A stretch of 63,472 nt of DNA, filler included, from Chiloscyllium plagiosum (lineage: Eukaryota): the NCBI RefSeq assembly GCF_004010195.1. It is 4 parts of one record of this genome, joined end to end, with 100 filler letters (N's around TTAATTAATTAA, not from the genome) between each part and the next. Parts side by side here need not be neighbours in the genome. Positions count along the whole stretch, not along the records: positions 49,503 to 63,472 come from NC_057711.1; 3 more parts are not named here. One strand, written 5' to 3'. The notes under the pieces were generated by a model. The model searched no databases, was not told where the DNA came from, and worked only from the letters and a program-made list of their open reading frames with translations. How positions within the stretch are numbered: the first letter of the stretch is position 1; the number at the start of each line of letters is the position of its first letter. Of the stretch, positions 61,101-63,472 are shown one piece after another. Position numbers and translations under genes: made by a program.

Positions 61101-63472
61101 ATATAGCCCATTGGGGTTACAAACGGAGAAGCTTCTTTTGCTTTCTCTAATAAAGGAACCTGCCAGTAACCATGCAGTCAGTCCAACTTCGTGATATAGG
61201 TGTCTTGACCAACCTTCTCTATACAGTCTTCCAATCTTGGTATTGGATAGGAGTCCGATTTTGTTATGGCGTTGACCTTCTGATAGTCCACACAAAATCA
61301 TTAATCCCCATCAATTTCGGTAACACCTTTGGCAAACTCCACTTACTCTGACTTGGTTTGATGATATCTTTGCTGAGCATCGCATCCCTTTCCTTCTGGA
61401 TCTGTGTGGCTTTGAGAGGATTAAGCCTATAAAATTATTATTTTATCAGAACAGCATTCCCTACTTCCACCTCATGCACAATAGTATTAGTCCTCCCCAT
61501 CTTATTCCTGCATATGTCCTTGTACTGCTGCAATTGGGTTCTTTGCTCCTGAGACAGATAGTTCACTAACCTTTTTGAGAAGATTTGTAGCTGAGGTTGA
61601 GGTCATGTATGTAGGTTTGCTTGCTGAGCTGGAAGGTTCATTTCCAGACGTTTCATTACCTTACTAGGTAACATCTTCAGTGGGCCTCATGCGAAACTCT
61701 AACACATCGAGTTAGACCCCATCTACCACTCCCTGAGAAAAGGAACCGGAAGTGGCTTCACCACAGGAAATAACATCACCACAGGAAATAACATCACCAC
61801 AGGAAATGACATCACCAACCCAAAGAAACCGAACCATATAAATAGAAAGCAGGAATTTTCAGCATTGCTTCACATGAGGTCCACTGAAAATGTCACCGAG
61901 TAAGATAACGAAACGTCTGGAAATGTACCTTTCAGCTCAGTGAGCAAACCTACATCCAAACAATCACAAACCTATCCCACTCCGAAAGAACCTCCTCATT
62001 ATTTAATGTATTTTGAGGCACATCAAACTCCATGACGTCTGGATTTGATTTCTCACTCTGTGGGGCAGTAACTAACACCTGTTTCTACAGTTCCCTGTCT
62101 CTATTATAGTATGGTTTCAACATATCCACATGACGTACCTGATGGGGTTTCTTTCCATCCGCCATCTTTACCAGACAGTTTACCTTCCTCAACCTTTTCT
62201 CAATTTGATAGTGACCACTGAACCTGTCTTGAAACAGATCTCCTACCACTGGTAACAATGCTAATACACAATTTAATCTCTCCCTCACATCAGATACATA
62301 ATCCAAATGTGAGATCTCCAACTTAAGACCTATCAATTTTTCTTTAATTGATTGCAAAGACCATCACGCTTCATGTCCGAAAATTAACTTAAAGGAGTAA
62401 ACTGAGTAGATTAATTTCAGGCATCTCCAATGGGAAGTGATACCTTTACCCCAGTCATTCGGGTAATCCTGACAGTATGCGCTTAACATGGTCTTCAGGG
62501 TCTGATGCCACCTTACCAGAGCTCCCTGGGATTCAGGACGGTACTCCCCTAATTTAAAGGCCTCTATGCCTGAGTTATCCATGACTTCCTTAAACAGCCT
62601 GCCAGTACAATTAGACCCTTGGTCTGACTGAATCTCTCTGGATAGCCCAAACTGGGTAAAAAAAGCTATTAACTCCTCCTACGCTCTGGAAATCTAGTAG
62701 ACACATTCATTATGGTTAGCAAACACTGGTTCCCACTTTTAGTTCTTGGGAGGGACCTACACAATCAATCAGAATCCGTGTGAAAGGTTCTTCAAATGCG
62801 GGAATTGGCAACAAAGGGGCTGGTTTTATTACTGCCTGTGGCTTACCTACCATTTGGCATCTATGACATGTACATCAAATTTAATCACGTTCTTGTGCAG
62901 TCCAGGCCAATAGAAATGCTTTTATACCTTAGTCTGAATCTTCCTCACACCTAGATGACCTCCTACTGGTAATTCAAGTACTAGCTGTAATATTTCCTGT
63001 CTGTATGCTACCAGCAACACAATCTGGTGCACTTCTGCCCATTTCTCCTCTCCACTAACCTGCCGTGGTCTCCATTTTCCTCTTAGGATTCTATCTTTAA
63101 AACAATAACCCTGAGCACTACATTCTGATTCCTTTTCTGAATATGCATCAATATATATACCATTTATTGTCTCGCCTTTCTGTTGTAAGTACATTAGCCT
63201 TTCAGGACGAAACACTTCTGCCTGACCCTCTGCCTGTTCAGGTTTTTCCTGCAGTATTACGTCAAACAGGGTGTCGACTAACTAAACCTCAACTCCTTCG
63301 TCTTTCTCTTTAGGTTTTGCTTCTTGCTGTGATTTATGATAGTGGGATCTTGTTACTACACATTCTGGAAAATCTCCAGGATATTTGTCTTTTAGCTCCT
63401 AAGTTCCCTGATCTTTCTTTGGCTTCTCCACAACAAGGGGCGTCACTCCCACCTTGGATCCTGCTAAATTGT
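61101..63472 (-). pseudogene. Gypsy integrase (about 63215-62085) followed by RT N-terminus (about 61550-61110), degenerate
   Basis: GGHLGVRK, YRPESQGALVRWHQTLKTML, FSGHYQI...HVDMLKPY, then GRTN...YRLNP...IIKPSQSKW...FCVDYQKVNAITKSDSYPIPRLEDCIEKVG. Confidence 0.88.
61573..61963. mobile_element. Penelope (Poseidon-like) 3' end with inverted pLTR, inserted in the Gypsy element
   Basis: Inverted arms at about 61608-61696 and 61868-61956 with CTGAAGA/CTGAAAA...GAAACGTC cores. The spacer encodes HIELDPIYHSLR and has three copies of CACCACAGGAAAT.ACAT. Near-TSD TCACTAACCT / TCACAAACCT. Confidence 0.75.

Overview
Repeat-saturated vertebrate genomic DNA, most likely from a shark or other elasmobranch given its HE1/V-SINE-like SINEs and HER1/CR1-like LINEs. 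There are three 100-bp scaffold linkers and one 622-N gap. Most of the window is decayed CR1 LINE fragments, and nearly every ORF in the supplied track is a frameshifted piece of CR1 ORF2. Also present are Rex1/Babar and L2/CR1-group LINEs, solo LTRs, a Gypsy element with the Gmr1-type INT-RT-RH order, Penelope GIY-YIG remnants and many short palindromic Penelope-derived insertions carrying minimal hammerhead-ribozyme cores. Two things are not explained by the ORF track. (1) A five-exon, phase-compatible minus-strand gene model (42330 to 17972) encodes a charged pro-region, a KRR site and a 69-aa tail resembling only the C-terminal half of a VWD domain. (2) A poly(A) retroposon 3' end has inserted repeatedly, with TSDs, at the same AACAGGAG site in two diverged copies of one solo-LTR family, suggesting an LTR-targeting site-specific retrotransposon. 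All calls come from reading the sequence by eye; no searches were run and most repeat boundaries are approximate.
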